From an uncultured Verrucomicrobiae bacterium (GTDB lineage Bacteria; Verrucomicrobiota; Verrucomicrobiia; Limisphaerales; UBA11358), in NCBI GenBank assembly GCA_963802515.1, contig CAWDIX010000003.1, positions 345,018 to 409,017 on the forward strand: a stretch of DNA of 64,000 nt, written 5' to 3'. Positions 53,767-62,693 of the stretch are shown in pieces. The notes beneath the pieces are model-generated. The model made no database searches, had not been told where the DNA came from, and saw only the letters and a list, made by a program, of their open reading frames with translations. The translations under genes were made by a program, and so were the position numbers. Numbering within the stretch: position 1 is the first letter of the stretch; every line of letters begins with the position of its first letter.

Positions 53767-54695
53767 TGGCAGATATCCTTCAATGCCGCGGACAGTTCGG
53801 CGAACTTGAATTGGAATCCGCTTTCCAGAAAACGCTTCGGCGCGCAACGGCAACCCTCCAGTGCGAGAGACGCCTCGGTGCGCGTCAGCCGCGAAACCAG
53901 CTTCACCGCCCAGGCCGGCGCCGGCGGGCACCACGGACGATAAAGGGTGCGCCGCAGGATGCGCATGAATTCGGCATTGGTGGCCGGTTTGGGAGCAACG
54001 GCATTGTAGGTCCCGGCGAAATAATTGTCATAGTCGAGGGCCAGACCGATCATCCGGACCAGGTCCGCAAGATGGATCCAACTGATGTATTGTCGGCCGC
54101 TCCCGGCGGCGCCGCCGAGGAACCATTTGGTGTAGTGGGCCAATAAAGGCAGCGCTCCGCCATCGCGCCCCAGCACGATTCCGATGCGGAACAGGATCCG
54201 GCGTGTTTTGGGCGCGTTCACCGAGTAAAAGGACTCCTCCCAACGCCGGCAAATTTCCGCCAGCCGGCCCTGGCCGTTGGACGTTTTTTCGTCGCACCAT
54301 TCGTCCTGCCGGTTGCCGTAGAAACCGGCGGCGCCCGCCTGGAGCCACAGGCGCGGCGGACGGGTCACGTGAACAAGCCCGCCGGCAATCGCCCCGGCCG
54401 AATTGACGCGCGACTCGGCGATTTCGCGCAGGTTTTCGGGCGTGTGCCGGCAATTGATGTTGCGGCCGGCGAGGTTCACCACCGCTTCAGCGCCGTCCAG
54501 AAATTGAATCCATTCGCCGACGTGCTCCCCGTCCCATTCCACCTCTTTGACCCCGTCGTCCTCGTCGCGCTCGCGGAGTGAACGCGTCAGGCTGATCACC
54601 TCGAAATCGTGCTGGAGCAATTCCCGGGCAAGCGCGCGGCCGATAAAACCGCTGCCTCCCGCAAGCAGGATGCGTTTTTTGGGTTTACGAATCAT
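53763..54695 (-). CDS. TIGR01777-family (SDR39U1/YfcH-like) epimerase with DUF1731
   Basis: ILLAGGSGFIGRAL, NLAGRNI, QYISWIHLADL and the C-terminal GFQFKF. Confidence 0.85.
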   Translation of the reverse strand: MIRKPKKRILLAGGSGFIGRALARELLQHDFEVISLTRSLRERDEDDGVKEVEWDGEHVGEWIQFLDGAEAVVNLAGRNINCRHTPENLREIAESRVNSAGAIAGGLVHVTRPPRLWLQAGAAGFYGNRQDEWCDEKTSNGQGRLAEICRRWEESFYSVNAPKTRRILFRIGIVLGRDGGALPLLAHYTKWFLGGAAGSGRQYISWIHLADLVRMIGLALDYDNYFAGTYNAVAPKPATNAEFMRILRRTLYRPWCPPAPAWAVKLVSRLTRTEASLALEGCRCAPKRFLESGFQFKFAELSAALKDICH

Positions 54696-54801
54696 TCGTC
54701 GTCTCGGGCATTAACACGCATGGCGCCAGTTTCCCGGAAACATACCGGGAAATCGGGTGGATTAAAATTGAAAATCCGCGGATCCGAATCCGCGATACGC
54801 A

Positions 54802-55605
54802 TCATCTCACCAGACAGGCCCGCCCCATCCACACGTCGCGGAAACCGGGCGAATAATTGGCGCCCATCAGGCGGGCTTCCATGAACCACGGCCACGTTTC
54901 AGTCAGCAGCGTGTCGTCGCCAACCGAAACCGTCACCGGCACCTGCCGCCAGGGCGGATGCCAGATCCGGAAGAAACGGCGGGCGGAACCGCGCGAGGTA
55001 AATGCCGTGTATCGTTCCAGCAGAAATTCATCGAGAGAATCAGGCTGACAGGATTTGAACGGCATGTTCGAACTCAACCGCGCTTGATGTGCAAACCTTC
55101 CCTTTCGTCCCGGAGCTTCAACCCGGCCTTCCAGAGCACCCTGCTCGTACGCGTGCCGATAGTTGATTCGGGCAAAGCGATAGGGCAAGCCGTAAACCAG
55201 TGGTCCCAACAAAACGCTCAGTCGGTTGGGAAGCCATTCCGTCATGAAATAGATTCCCGGTTCACCCTCATGTTTTACGTAAGTCCGGGCGTTGAGAAAT
55301 GCATGTGTGGCGATTGGTTTGAATGGCCAGGCAGAAATCCGCCCGCCCCGGCGGGGACGCAGTCTGCGCATGGTAAAGGCGACCAGGCTCACCAACGCCC
55401 TGCCCTCCCACAAATCAATTTCGAACGGTACTTCCGATTGCAGCGCCGCCGCATTCACTTCATAGTGGATGAACAGGACCCGCTCCCAGTCCGCCAGAAA
55501 CAGCGGCTCGCCCGGTAACGACAACAGCCGCCGTTTGCCGGCGGCGCTCATTCGGCCTGGCGAATTTGTTTCCGGCCCCCTGATTGTCATCGACGGCAGG
55601 TTCAT
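54802..55605 (-). CDS. DUF2071-family protein
   Basis: LFIHYEVNAAALQSEVPFEIDLWEGRALVSLVAFTM...FLNARTYV. Confidence 0.75.
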   Translation of the reverse strand: MNLPSMTIRGPETNSPGRMSAAGKRRLLSLPGEPLFLADWERVLFIHYEVNAAALQSEVPFEIDLWEGRALVSLVAFTMRRLRPRRGGRISAWPFKPIATHAFLNARTYVKHEGEPGIYFMTEWLPNRLSVLLGPLVYGLPYRFARINYRHAYEQGALEGRVEAPGRKGRFAHQARLSSNMPFKSCQPDSLDEFLLERYTAFTSRGSARRFFRIWHPPWRQVPVTVSVGDDTLLTETWPWFMEARLMGANYSPGFRDVWMGRACLVR

Positions 55606-55608
55606 GGC

Positions 55609-56562
55609 TCACGAGTGAAGTTCCGATCTGAAGCGCCGAAGGATGTCGAGGAGCGCCGCTTCCATGGTTGGAAAGGTGAATGCAAATCCGGATTTCAACA
55701 ACCGGCCAGGCACGACCCGCCGGCTTTTGATGACCAATTCGGTTTCGGTTCGCAACAGAAATGCCCCCGCTTCAAGCAGCCAGGCCGTTGCCGGCAAACC
55801 GAATGGCCGGCCGCAGGTTTTGCGCAAAACCCGCATCATTTCACGGTTCGCAATGGGATTCGGCGCAGCCAGATTCACCGCCCCGCAAAAGTCGTCTCTG
55901 GCGACCAGCCATTGGATGGACCGGCTAAGATCCGCTTCGTGAATCCAGGAAACAAACTGGTCGCCATCGGCCATTTTGCCGCCCAGGCCGCAGCGAACGA
56001 GCCGGCGTAATACCGGGAAAACTCCACCGCCAACGCCCAGAACCATGGCCATGCGCAGGGCGATTTTGCGGGTCCTGGGCGTGTCAGCTTCGTCCAAAGC
56101 CCGCTCCCAAGCCTGTGCGACCTCGACTGAAAATTCATCCTTGGCCTCCGGCGTGGCGCCAATCTCGCCATGCTCATCCATCGGTCGTTCAAGCGAATGT
56201 TTGTAGATCGTCGCCGTGCTGGCATTCAACCAGATGGCGGGCGGCTTGGCGCATCGCTCGATGGCCTCACCGAGTACGCGGGTTGAATCCACCCGCGAAT
56301 TGAATATCAACTGCCGGTTGCGGGCGTGATAACGGCAGTCCACCGACCGGCCGGCCAGATTGACCACCACCGCCGCACCTTCGAAAAAACGCATCCAATC
56401 ACCTGCCATCCGACCGTCCCACTCGATTTCTTTTGCTCCGTCATCCCGCATCAGCGGCGAACGGGTCAAAACCATAACCTCGTCCTTTTGATGCAGAAAA
56501 TCCGCGGTGAGTATCCGGCCCAGAAATCCGTTGCCACCCGCAATGATAATGCGCCGGTTCAT
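55609..56562 (-). CDS. TIGR01777-family (SDR39U1/YfcH-like) epimerase with DUF1731, second copy
   Basis: IIIAGGNGFLGRIL, NLAGRSV, QFVSWIHEADL and GFAFTFP. Start overlaps the upstream stop (ATGA). Confidence 0.85.
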   Translation of the reverse strand: MNRRIIIAGGNGFLGRILTADFLHQKDEVMVLTRSPLMRDDGAKEIEWDGRMAGDWMRFFEGAAVVVNLAGRSVDCRYHARNRQLIFNSRVDSTRVLGEAIERCAKPPAIWLNASTATIYKHSLERPMDEHGEIGATPEAKDEFSVEVAQAWERALDEADTPRTRKIALRMAMVLGVGGGVFPVLRRLVRCGLGGKMADGDQFVSWIHEADLSRSIQWLVARDDFCGAVNLAAPNPIANREMMRVLRKTCGRPFGLPATAWLLEAGAFLLRTETELVIKSRRVVPGRLLKSGFAFTFPTMEAALLDILRRFRSELHS

Positions 56563-57314
56563 GGTTCCTCCAATCCCGCGGAGGTCAGTCTGCCTCGGTC
56601 ATGCCACTCGTGTCCGATGCCGCGCATTAAAAAGGCGCTGTCGAACTCGATTGAACCGCGAGGGAACAAATTCCGGTCGGCAAAATAACTGGATTCGACG
56701 CCGATGACTTCGAGTGGCGTCATTCGCCATTCCCGGCAGCACAACTCCAGCCCCTCGAATTCATCGCTTTCCGGGCGCGCCGACCAGCCGACAGCGCCAC
56801 TTTGAAAAAAGCGGGACGCCTCGTCCAACGAGTGAAACAGGGAGTTCGGCGGCGGAACCTCTGCGACGCGTGTTTGGACACTGACCCAGGTTGTGCCGTC
56901 GGCGCTTTGCATTTTGACTGCGAAAGCATCGGTGGTTTCAGAAACACGGAACTCCGCCGGATGGTGGACACCGGAGAATATTCTGCCGCCGGCAATTTCA
57001 TTCAACCGGGAGTTGGTGTCGCGCCGGGGGATGAAAACGCCTTCGCACAGCCGGCCTTGGTTGTTCCATTCGACGGCAATGCGATGGGCGGCATTTTCCG
57101 AACTGAAGCCGACGAACCGAGGCAGAAACGCCGGGCGGATGGCTTCAAGCTTGATCAAGCAGATACCGGCCACGCCCCAGCCCGCCACCAGTTTGGGCCG
57201 GAACGGGGATGGCAACAACCGGCCCAGCGCCTCGGGGTCGCAGCGGAAATTCACCAGCAAGCGCCGCCCGATTGTCCCTCGTACGGCAGGCAGATGCATA
57301 AAACGCCGATGCAT
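56559..57314 (-). CDS. DUF2071/acetoacetate-decarboxylase-like fold protein, second and divergent copy
   Basis: LLVNFRCDPEALGRLLPSPFRPKLVAGWGVAGICLIKL. The ATG at 57314 directly follows the upstream stop. The 397-aa ORF-track extension lies in a frame overlapping the membrane gene. Confidence 0.6.
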   Translation of the reverse strand: MHRRFMHLPAVRGTIGRRLLVNFRCDPEALGRLLPSPFRPKLVAGWGVAGICLIKLEAIRPAFLPRFVGFSSENAAHRIAVEWNNQGRLCEGVFIPRRDTNSRLNEIAGGRIFSGVHHPAEFRVSETTDAFAVKMQSADGTTWVSVQTRVAEVPPPNSLFHSLDEASRFFQSGAVGWSARPESDEFEGLELCCREWRMTPLEVIGVESSYFADRNLFPRGSIEFDSAFLMRGIGHEWHDRGRLTSAGLEEP

Positions 57315-57316
57315 TC

Positions 57317-57742
57317 TCACGATCCGCGTCCCTTCCAGGCCGCCCAGACATAGACAAGAGGCAGATAGACGAAAACGATATTCGTCGCATGATAACCGAG
57401 CCGCCAGAACGCATTTGTCAAATACGGCCTCACATCGAACACGAACGTGGCCGCCACCAGCCGGATCGTCCAGAAGACCGCCAGGAACGCGCACAAAACC
57501 CGCGCCAAACCGCTGCCGCTCGCCAGCGTGCCGGCAAAAGTGAAGGTGATCAGACCGAAGCTGATGAGACAAACGCCGATGAACGTGTAGTAAACCCAGA
57601 ACAGCCGCCCAATGAAAACCGGCAAGGTGGCAAGGTGCGTCCGAAGACCGACCGCCCATGGCATGAGTAAACCGGCACCAAGGAGACCGAGATGCAGGAT
57701 TCCCGCAATTTGAAGCAGGATTGTCAGATTTATTGTTTTCAT
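57317..57742 (-). CDS. small four-TM membrane protein, hypothetical
   Basis: 141 aa with four clear hydrophobic spans. Confidence 0.6.
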   Translation of the reverse strand: MKTINLTILLQIAGILHLGLLGAGLLMPWAVGLRTHLATLPVFIGRLFWVYYTFIGVCLISFGLITFTFAGTLASGSGLARVLCAFLAVFWTIRLVAATFVFDVRPYLTNAFWRLGYHATNIVFVYLPLVYVWAAWKGRGS

Positions 57743-57748
57743 AATATT

Positions 57749-59023
57749 TCAAGTTGCGCCGATCGCCTGTAGCATCGGCAGGATTACGTTGTGAACGAAA
57801 ACCGGATGGAACAGCCAGAAGACTGGACCGGCGACGAAAAGCACAGTGAACAGCCAGCCACGCCGGCCGTGACCCAGGCCAAGTCGTTTCCCGAAGGATG
57901 AGCGTTGAGAGATCACGCCCATTCCTTGAATGGCAAAATACATCGTCGGCAACCCGTAGCCGCCGCGTGCCGGCAACGAAATGAGAAGTTCATGGATCAA
58001 ACCCGAAACCAGGAACGCTGCAAGCGTGGCGCCCGTGATGCCAACCCGGCGCAACACGGGGCGGAAGACGAGGTCATGCGCGAGGAAATGAAATGCCGCA
58101 TTCCAACGCCGTCCCCAGAAATCCGTCAGCGACATTGACCGCAACGGCTGGCGCATGATGGGTTTTGCGTCCACCCCGATGTGTTGCCAGCACAGCGCCA
58201 GCAAATGGAACGACCCAAAATGGAGGCACAGAATCACGCCGATCATCCCAATCCACCCTGCCGCCAGCGGATGCGCTCCGGAAAAATGGCGGGCGACTAA
58301 CCAGACCAACGTCACCCCGAGCAAGATCCGCGCAACCGGCCAAATCCATTCAATTGCTTCCGGCCGGCCAAACTTTCTTTGGCCACGCATGAATTCCCCG
58401 GAATCCATTCCGACCCATGCCAGGAGGTATCCCAGTGAAATCCACCTTTTGGTTTGTGGATTTTGTCGCAATGCCCGCCGCCAGGTCAGCCATTTGCAGC
58501 CAAAATAAAGCGCAAAGGCAAGCAGCCACATGAATCCCCACGCAGGCAAAATTCCACGTGTGAACAATGCCGCCATCGGCGCCAAAAGCAGCGGCAACCA
58601 GTCCGACCTGTGGCTTCGTCCTGTCGTCTGACAGGCGCCGTTGAAACAATGCCGGTTGGCGGCGACCCAGCGGTAAATCGCGCGCAACCGGGGCGTCACG
58701 CCTGGGATTTTAGCCAGGGCGTACAATGGCCAGGCCCACCACACACGGCGGGCAATTTGCAGAATTCCATCCGCTCCACCGAAAACCGCACCGCCGGACG
58801 TTAAGACCATCATCTCGGTCGGCATTCCTTCCGCCGCCATATCCAGCCGTTCCCGCACCCATGAACTTTGCAGCGGCGCCGGTTCAAATCCGTGCCGGCG
58901 GAGCAATCGCGCAAAGCGTCGTGCGGCCCCGAGGCACAACCGGCAACTGCCATCGAACAGCACCCACCCTCGCGGCGGGGTTGTGCCATTTGTTACAGTC
59001 ATTTCTGTATCAAGAGAAATCAT
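57749..59023 (-). CDS. fusion of DCC-family thiol-disulfide oxidoreductase (DUF393) with MBOAT_2/wax-synthase-like membrane acyltransferase domain
   Basis: N-terminus WVLFDGSCRLCLG (DGxCxxC). C-terminal polytopic part with DFWGRRWNAAFH and GLIHELL. Confidence 0.7.
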   Translation of the reverse strand: MISLDTEMTVTNGTTPPRGWVLFDGSCRLCLGAARRFARLLRRHGFEPAPLQSSWVRERLDMAAEGMPTEMMVLTSGGAVFGGADGILQIARRVWWAWPLYALAKIPGVTPRLRAIYRWVAANRHCFNGACQTTGRSHRSDWLPLLLAPMAALFTRGILPAWGFMWLLAFALYFGCKWLTWRRALRQNPQTKRWISLGYLLAWVGMDSGEFMRGQRKFGRPEAIEWIWPVARILLGVTLVWLVARHFSGAHPLAAGWIGMIGVILCLHFGSFHLLALCWQHIGVDAKPIMRQPLRSMSLTDFWGRRWNAAFHFLAHDLVFRPVLRRVGITGATLAAFLVSGLIHELLISLPARGGYGLPTMYFAIQGMGVISQRSSFGKRLGLGHGRRGWLFTVLFVAGPVFWLFHPVFVHNVILPMLQAIGAT

Positions 59024-59036
59024 GGGCCAAAATAAA

Positions 59037-59570
59037 TCACAATCGGAATCCGAAGAATTTGCCGGCTTTGCCGCCCAGTCTGGCGAACTGTTTCAATCCG
59101 GCGGTGGGCAGGTTCCGGATTTGCCCGTACCAGCCGGTCGTGGTTTCAAAGAATTCGGCCAGGTCCCGGAGCTTTTGTTCGGTGTGTTTGCCGATTTGCC
59201 TGTCTGACTTTGCCTTTTCGATGCATTCGTGCAGCACGGCCAGCGTCGGATCAATCTCGCGCCGTTTCCGTTCGTCCAGCACGATGCGAAACGTTTCCCA
59301 GACATCCGGCAGCGCCTCAAAATGATCGCGCTTGTCCCCCATCACGTGGACCATCCGGACGATCCGCCAGCCCTGCAATTCCTTCAAGCTGTTGCTGACG
59401 TTGGAGCGGGCCACCCCCAGGGTATCCACGATGTCATCGGCGTTGAGCGGCCGGGAGGCGATGTGCAGCAGGGCATGGATCTGCGCCACCGTGCGGTTGA
59501 TGCCCCACTTGGTCCCCATCTCGCCCCAATGCAGGATGAACCGTTCTTCGACTGGACTCAGTTTTCGCAT
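59037..59570 (-). CDS. GbsR/MarR-family transcriptional regulator
   Basis: WGINRTVAQIHALLHIASRPLNADDIVDTLGVARSNVSNSLKELQGWRIV winged-helix region. ATG at 59570; the longest ORF reaches 59615. Confidence 0.75.
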   Translation of the reverse strand: MRKLSPVEERFILHWGEMGTKWGINRTVAQIHALLHIASRPLNADDIVDTLGVARSNVSNSLKELQGWRIVRMVHVMGDKRDHFEALPDVWETFRIVLDERKRREIDPTLAVLHECIEKAKSDRQIGKHTEQKLRDLAEFFETTTGWYGQIRNLPTAGLKQFARLGGKAGKFFGFRL

Positions 59571-59790
59571 AATTCGTTTATTTCTGTTAGAACAGAATTT
59601 ACAGAAATACAGCAAATCGTCAAGCAGAATTTTTCAACCCCTTCGGCAAGGCGCAAGTTGATACCGGATTTGCGCTCGGAACACGCGGCTGGAAGCCGCA
59701 TTAACTGGCAACCAGGATGGTTGCCTCCACGGCGTGGCGGCATCTTGCCACCAACCGTTTATGTGACCGTTCGCATCCCCTGGGTGGCAA

Positions 59791-60216
59791 TCAGGCCAAC
59801 GGCAGCAGATGGATCCGCGGAGCATCAGTCGCCGTCAGGGGCTGGGCGCTGAAATCCTCCGATTCCAACCGCTTCAGCCAATCCTTAATCATCACCTGCA
59901 TCGCGGCGACGTCCAGTTGCTCGTGCTGGCCGGGATATTTTTCGAAATTGGTCAAGGCCAGCTTGAACAGCGCAGCGGCGGGTTGTGGATGATTTCTTTG
60001 CAGATGCACAAACGCGCCGGCGAGCTGGATCAAGCCTTTGTAAAATGCGCCGTTCGGCCCTTGCTTGTCCTTCAGCCAGAGGTGTTCGAGGACTTCGTGC
60101 GACTCATAAAAAAGCTGGCGGTTGAAGCAATCAAAAAAACCGACGTAATGCCGGTCGAGTTCGTGTCCCTGGTGCTGTTCGACCAGCGCGGCGATGCGTT
60201 TGTGTTTGCGGCTCAC
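59791..60216 (-). CDS. DUF309-domain protein
   Basis: FNRQLFYESHEVLEHLWL signature. Confidence 0.75.
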   Translation of the reverse strand: MSRKHKRIAALVEQHQGHELDRHYVGFFDCFNRQLFYESHEVLEHLWLKDKQGPNGAFYKGLIQLAGAFVHLQRNHPQPAAALFKLALTNFEKYPGQHEQLDVAAMQVMIKDWLKRLESEDFSAQPLTATDAPRIHLLPLA

Positions 60217-60423
60217 GGCTCAAAAATATGTGGTAGGAGTCGAGGTGACGAGACTCATTTAGAAAAAACGAAATCAGAGACTCCTCACGTCGTATCCCAC
60301 GTTTTTATTGCGTGGTGAGCCGGTAGAAACCGCTGCTGTTGGTCGGGGAAAGTGTGACTTCGTTCTCCAGGCTGGTGAGATTGAGCACGGGTGTGTTCGT
60401 CAACACAGCCCAATTTGTCGTGG

Positions 60424-61623
60424 TCAAATCTGAGTTCTGCTGCAACACGAAATTCGTCGAAGGCACAGTCCAAGTAAGGGTGAGGTTGTTGCTCGAAGGC
60501 CCAGGCTCAATTGTGGTGTCGGCGTAGAATAGGAGGTCCAGATCACATCAGCTTGAACAACCATTACAGAGCCGTTATCAAACGGTATGAAAGTTTCCCC
60601 GGGTATCAGAACCAGCCTGGCTCCATCTGCCGAGGAAATGATGGAATTGTACAGGCCGGTCGTTGGATTGGCAATTTCTGCCCAAGTTGCTCCCGAATCC
60701 GTTGAAGCGTAAATCGGGCTACCTGAGGTGTAATTGTAAAACGGCCCGGTCTGAGCCAAAGCAATCAATTTGCTCCCATCAGCTGAGGAAGTGACGCCAG
60801 TCCAAAAAGTCACCCCCGGGACGCCGTTTGATTTCCAGGTAATTCCTGAATCAGAAGACGTATAAATCAGATTCGTAAGCCCTACCAACACGAGTTTACG
60901 CCCGTCTGCCGATGAAGCAACTGCCTGCCACGGTGCGCTGGGCGCATTGGTTGCCAGCGTCCAGCTCGCTCCCGAATTGGTTGAGGTGCAAACCGGACCG
61001 CGACTGCCCGCAACCACCAGTTTAGTGCCGTCGGCGGAGGAATGGACGATAAGCCACTGATTCGTGTTTATCGTAATCGGCAACGTGTTTGTTATCCATG
61101 TTGTTCCTGAATCGGACGATGTATAAACCAAATTAACGGCGGCTGCAGCCACCAATTTGGTTCCGTCAGCCGATGAGGCAATGGAAGTCCATGGCGCCAT
61201 GGGCGCACTGTTCGACATCCAAGTTATTCCCGCATTCGTTGAGGTGTAAATCGGGCCCGCGTCAAAATTATCTCCACCCACGGCCGCTAATTTGTTTCCG
61301 TCAGCGGACGAAGCCACGGACACCCAGTCCACATTCGGAAACGTGTTCGATATCCAGGACGCTCCCGAATTGGTCGTAGTGTATATCCAACCATCGGGCC
61401 TCTTGATTAAATCCAATTTGCTCCCATCGGCTGATGAGGCAATGGCACACCAAAGGTCTTTTGGCAAACTGTTCTGTGTCCACGCTTGGGCGAGCGCGGA
61501 ATTAACTGCAACAGACATTCCGCAAAAGGTTATTACTGCTGACATCACGGTTTTCATAGGCATTGAACCCATAAATAAGCATACAACCAGCCAGATTGAT
61601 CGTTTGCCAATCGGCGGTTCCAT
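60424..61623 (-). CDS. BNR/Asp-box beta-propeller protein (3' end apparently frameshifted; homologous reading continues to 60305)
   Basis: Repeats SSADG.KL...YTS.(D/N)SG.(T/S)W. After TPTPQLSLG another frame encodes PSSNNLTLTWTVPSTNFVLQQNSDL...SSGFYRLTTQ*. Confidence 0.75.
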   Translation of the reverse strand: MEPPIGKRSIWLVVCLFMGSMPMKTVMSAVITFCGMSVAVNSALAQAWTQNSLPKDLWCAIASSADGSKLDLIKRPDGWIYTTTNSGASWISNTFPNVDWVSVASSADGNKLAAVGGDNFDAGPIYTSTNAGITWMSNSAPMAPWTSIASSADGTKLVAAAAVNLVYTSSDSGTTWITNTLPITINTNQWLIVHSSADGTKLVVAGSRGPVCTSTNSGASWTLATNAPSAPWQAVASSADGRKLVLVGLTNLIYTSSDSGITWKSNGVPGVTFWTGVTSSADGSKLIALAQTGPFYNYTSGSPIYASTDSGATWAEIANPTTGLYNSIISSADGARLVLIPGETFIPFDNGSVMVVQADVIWTSYSTPTPQLSLGLRATTSPLLGLCLRRISCCSRTQI

Positions 61624-61717
61624 CGGCGTTTATCGAGGACGAGGACGACAACGAGGACGATTTATACAGGAATCGCTTCACATTGACAATTCCCCTGCCC
61701 TGAGACACTCTGCGCGC

Positions 61718-62656
61718 ATGGCAAAACCTGCTTTGGGACGTGGCCTCGGCGCGTTGCTGGGCGGCAGTCCGGTCCTCGCTCCAACTGCGCCCGCGCCCGC
61801 CGTCCAACTGCCCCCCGCTCCGGTTCCCGTACCCGCGCCCGATACGCTCGATCACGTGCAGCGCGTGCCGCTTGACCGGATTCGTCCGTGTCCGCTCCAG
61901 CCGCGCAAGGATTTTCCCGCCGAATCACTGAGCGAACTGGCCGATTCCATCCGTGAACAGGGTATCGTGCAGCCGCTCGTGGTGCGCGACCGCGACGGCT
62001 ATTTTGAATTGATTGCGGGCGAACGCCGCTGGCGCGCCGCACAACTGCTGCAATTGACGGAAGTGCCGGTCATCGTCCGCCAGGCCGACGACCGCGCCGT
62101 GCTCGAATTGTCGCTCATCGAAAATCTGCAGCGCGAAAATCTCAATGCCCTCGAAGAAGCGCATGGCTACGCACAACTCGCCGAACAATTCCAACTGACG
62201 CAAGAGGACATCGCCACCAAAGTCGGCAAGGGCCGAGTCGCCGTGGCCAACGCGCTGCGATTGCTGAAGCTGCCGGCGACCCTCCAGAATTTTCTGCGTG
62301 ATGGGCGCCTTTCCGTCGGCCATGCCAAGGTCATTCTCGGACTTGTAAATGAGATGGACCAAAAGCAGATCGCCGAACGCGTCATCAAGCAGGGGTTAAA
62401 CGTGCGCCAGACGGAAGGCGCGGTTGCCAAGCTGCAAAAGCGCGGCACGCGCCGGACGCCACCCAAACCGGAACTGGTCGCCTTGCCCGCCGGCGATCCG
62501 CACATCGCGGATTTGGAAGCCCGCTTGCGGGAAGTCTTTGCCACCAAAGTGCAGATTCACTATGAGCAAGGGAGCGGCTCGGTGGAAATTTCCTTCTTCA
62601 GTGCAGAGGAATTGGAGCGGATTTTGCAAATCCTCGGGGTGACGAGTGACGGGTGA
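61718..62656 (+). CDS. parB: chromosome partitioning protein ParB/Spo0J
   Basis: MAKPALGRGLGALLG, QPRKDF, GIVQPLVVR, ELIAGERRWRAA and the HTH region. The ORF-track extension to 61292 overlaps the opposite-strand gene. Confidence 0.9.
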   Translation: MAKPALGRGLGALLGGSPVLAPTAPAPAVQLPPAPVPVPAPDTLDHVQRVPLDRIRPCPLQPRKDFPAESLSELADSIREQGIVQPLVVRDRDGYFELIAGERRWRAAQLLQLTEVPVIVRQADDRAVLELSLIENLQRENLNALEEAHGYAQLAEQFQLTQEDIATKVGKGRVAVANALRLLKLPATLQNFLRDGRLSVGHAKVILGLVNEMDQKQIAERVIKQGLNVRQTEGAVAKLQKRGTRRTPPKPELVALPAGDPHIADLEARLREVFATKVQIHYEQGSGSVEISFFSAEELERILQILGVTSDG

Positions 62657-62667
62657 CGGGTGACGGG
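62639..62667. repeat. heptad array (GTGACGG)x4, left arm
   Basis: gtgacga gtgacgg gtgacgg gtgacgg. Supplies the last codons and the stop of parB. Confidence 0.85.
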
Positions 62668-62693
62668 AAAACAGTTCGTGGCGTTTCAACAAT

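Noticed and set aside
57315-57752. N-terminal 146 residues of the 397-aa ORF 56559-57752.
   Set aside because: This part overlaps, in another frame, a convincing four-TM ORF (57317-57742) and looks like random Arg/His/Cys-rich sequence. The DUF2071-like homology starts at the internal ATG 57314, which abuts the upstream stop.
61292-61717. Upstream extension of parB in the ORF track.
   Set aside because: It overlaps the BNR gene on the opposite strand. The conserved ParB N-terminus MAKPALGRGLGALLG starts at 61718.
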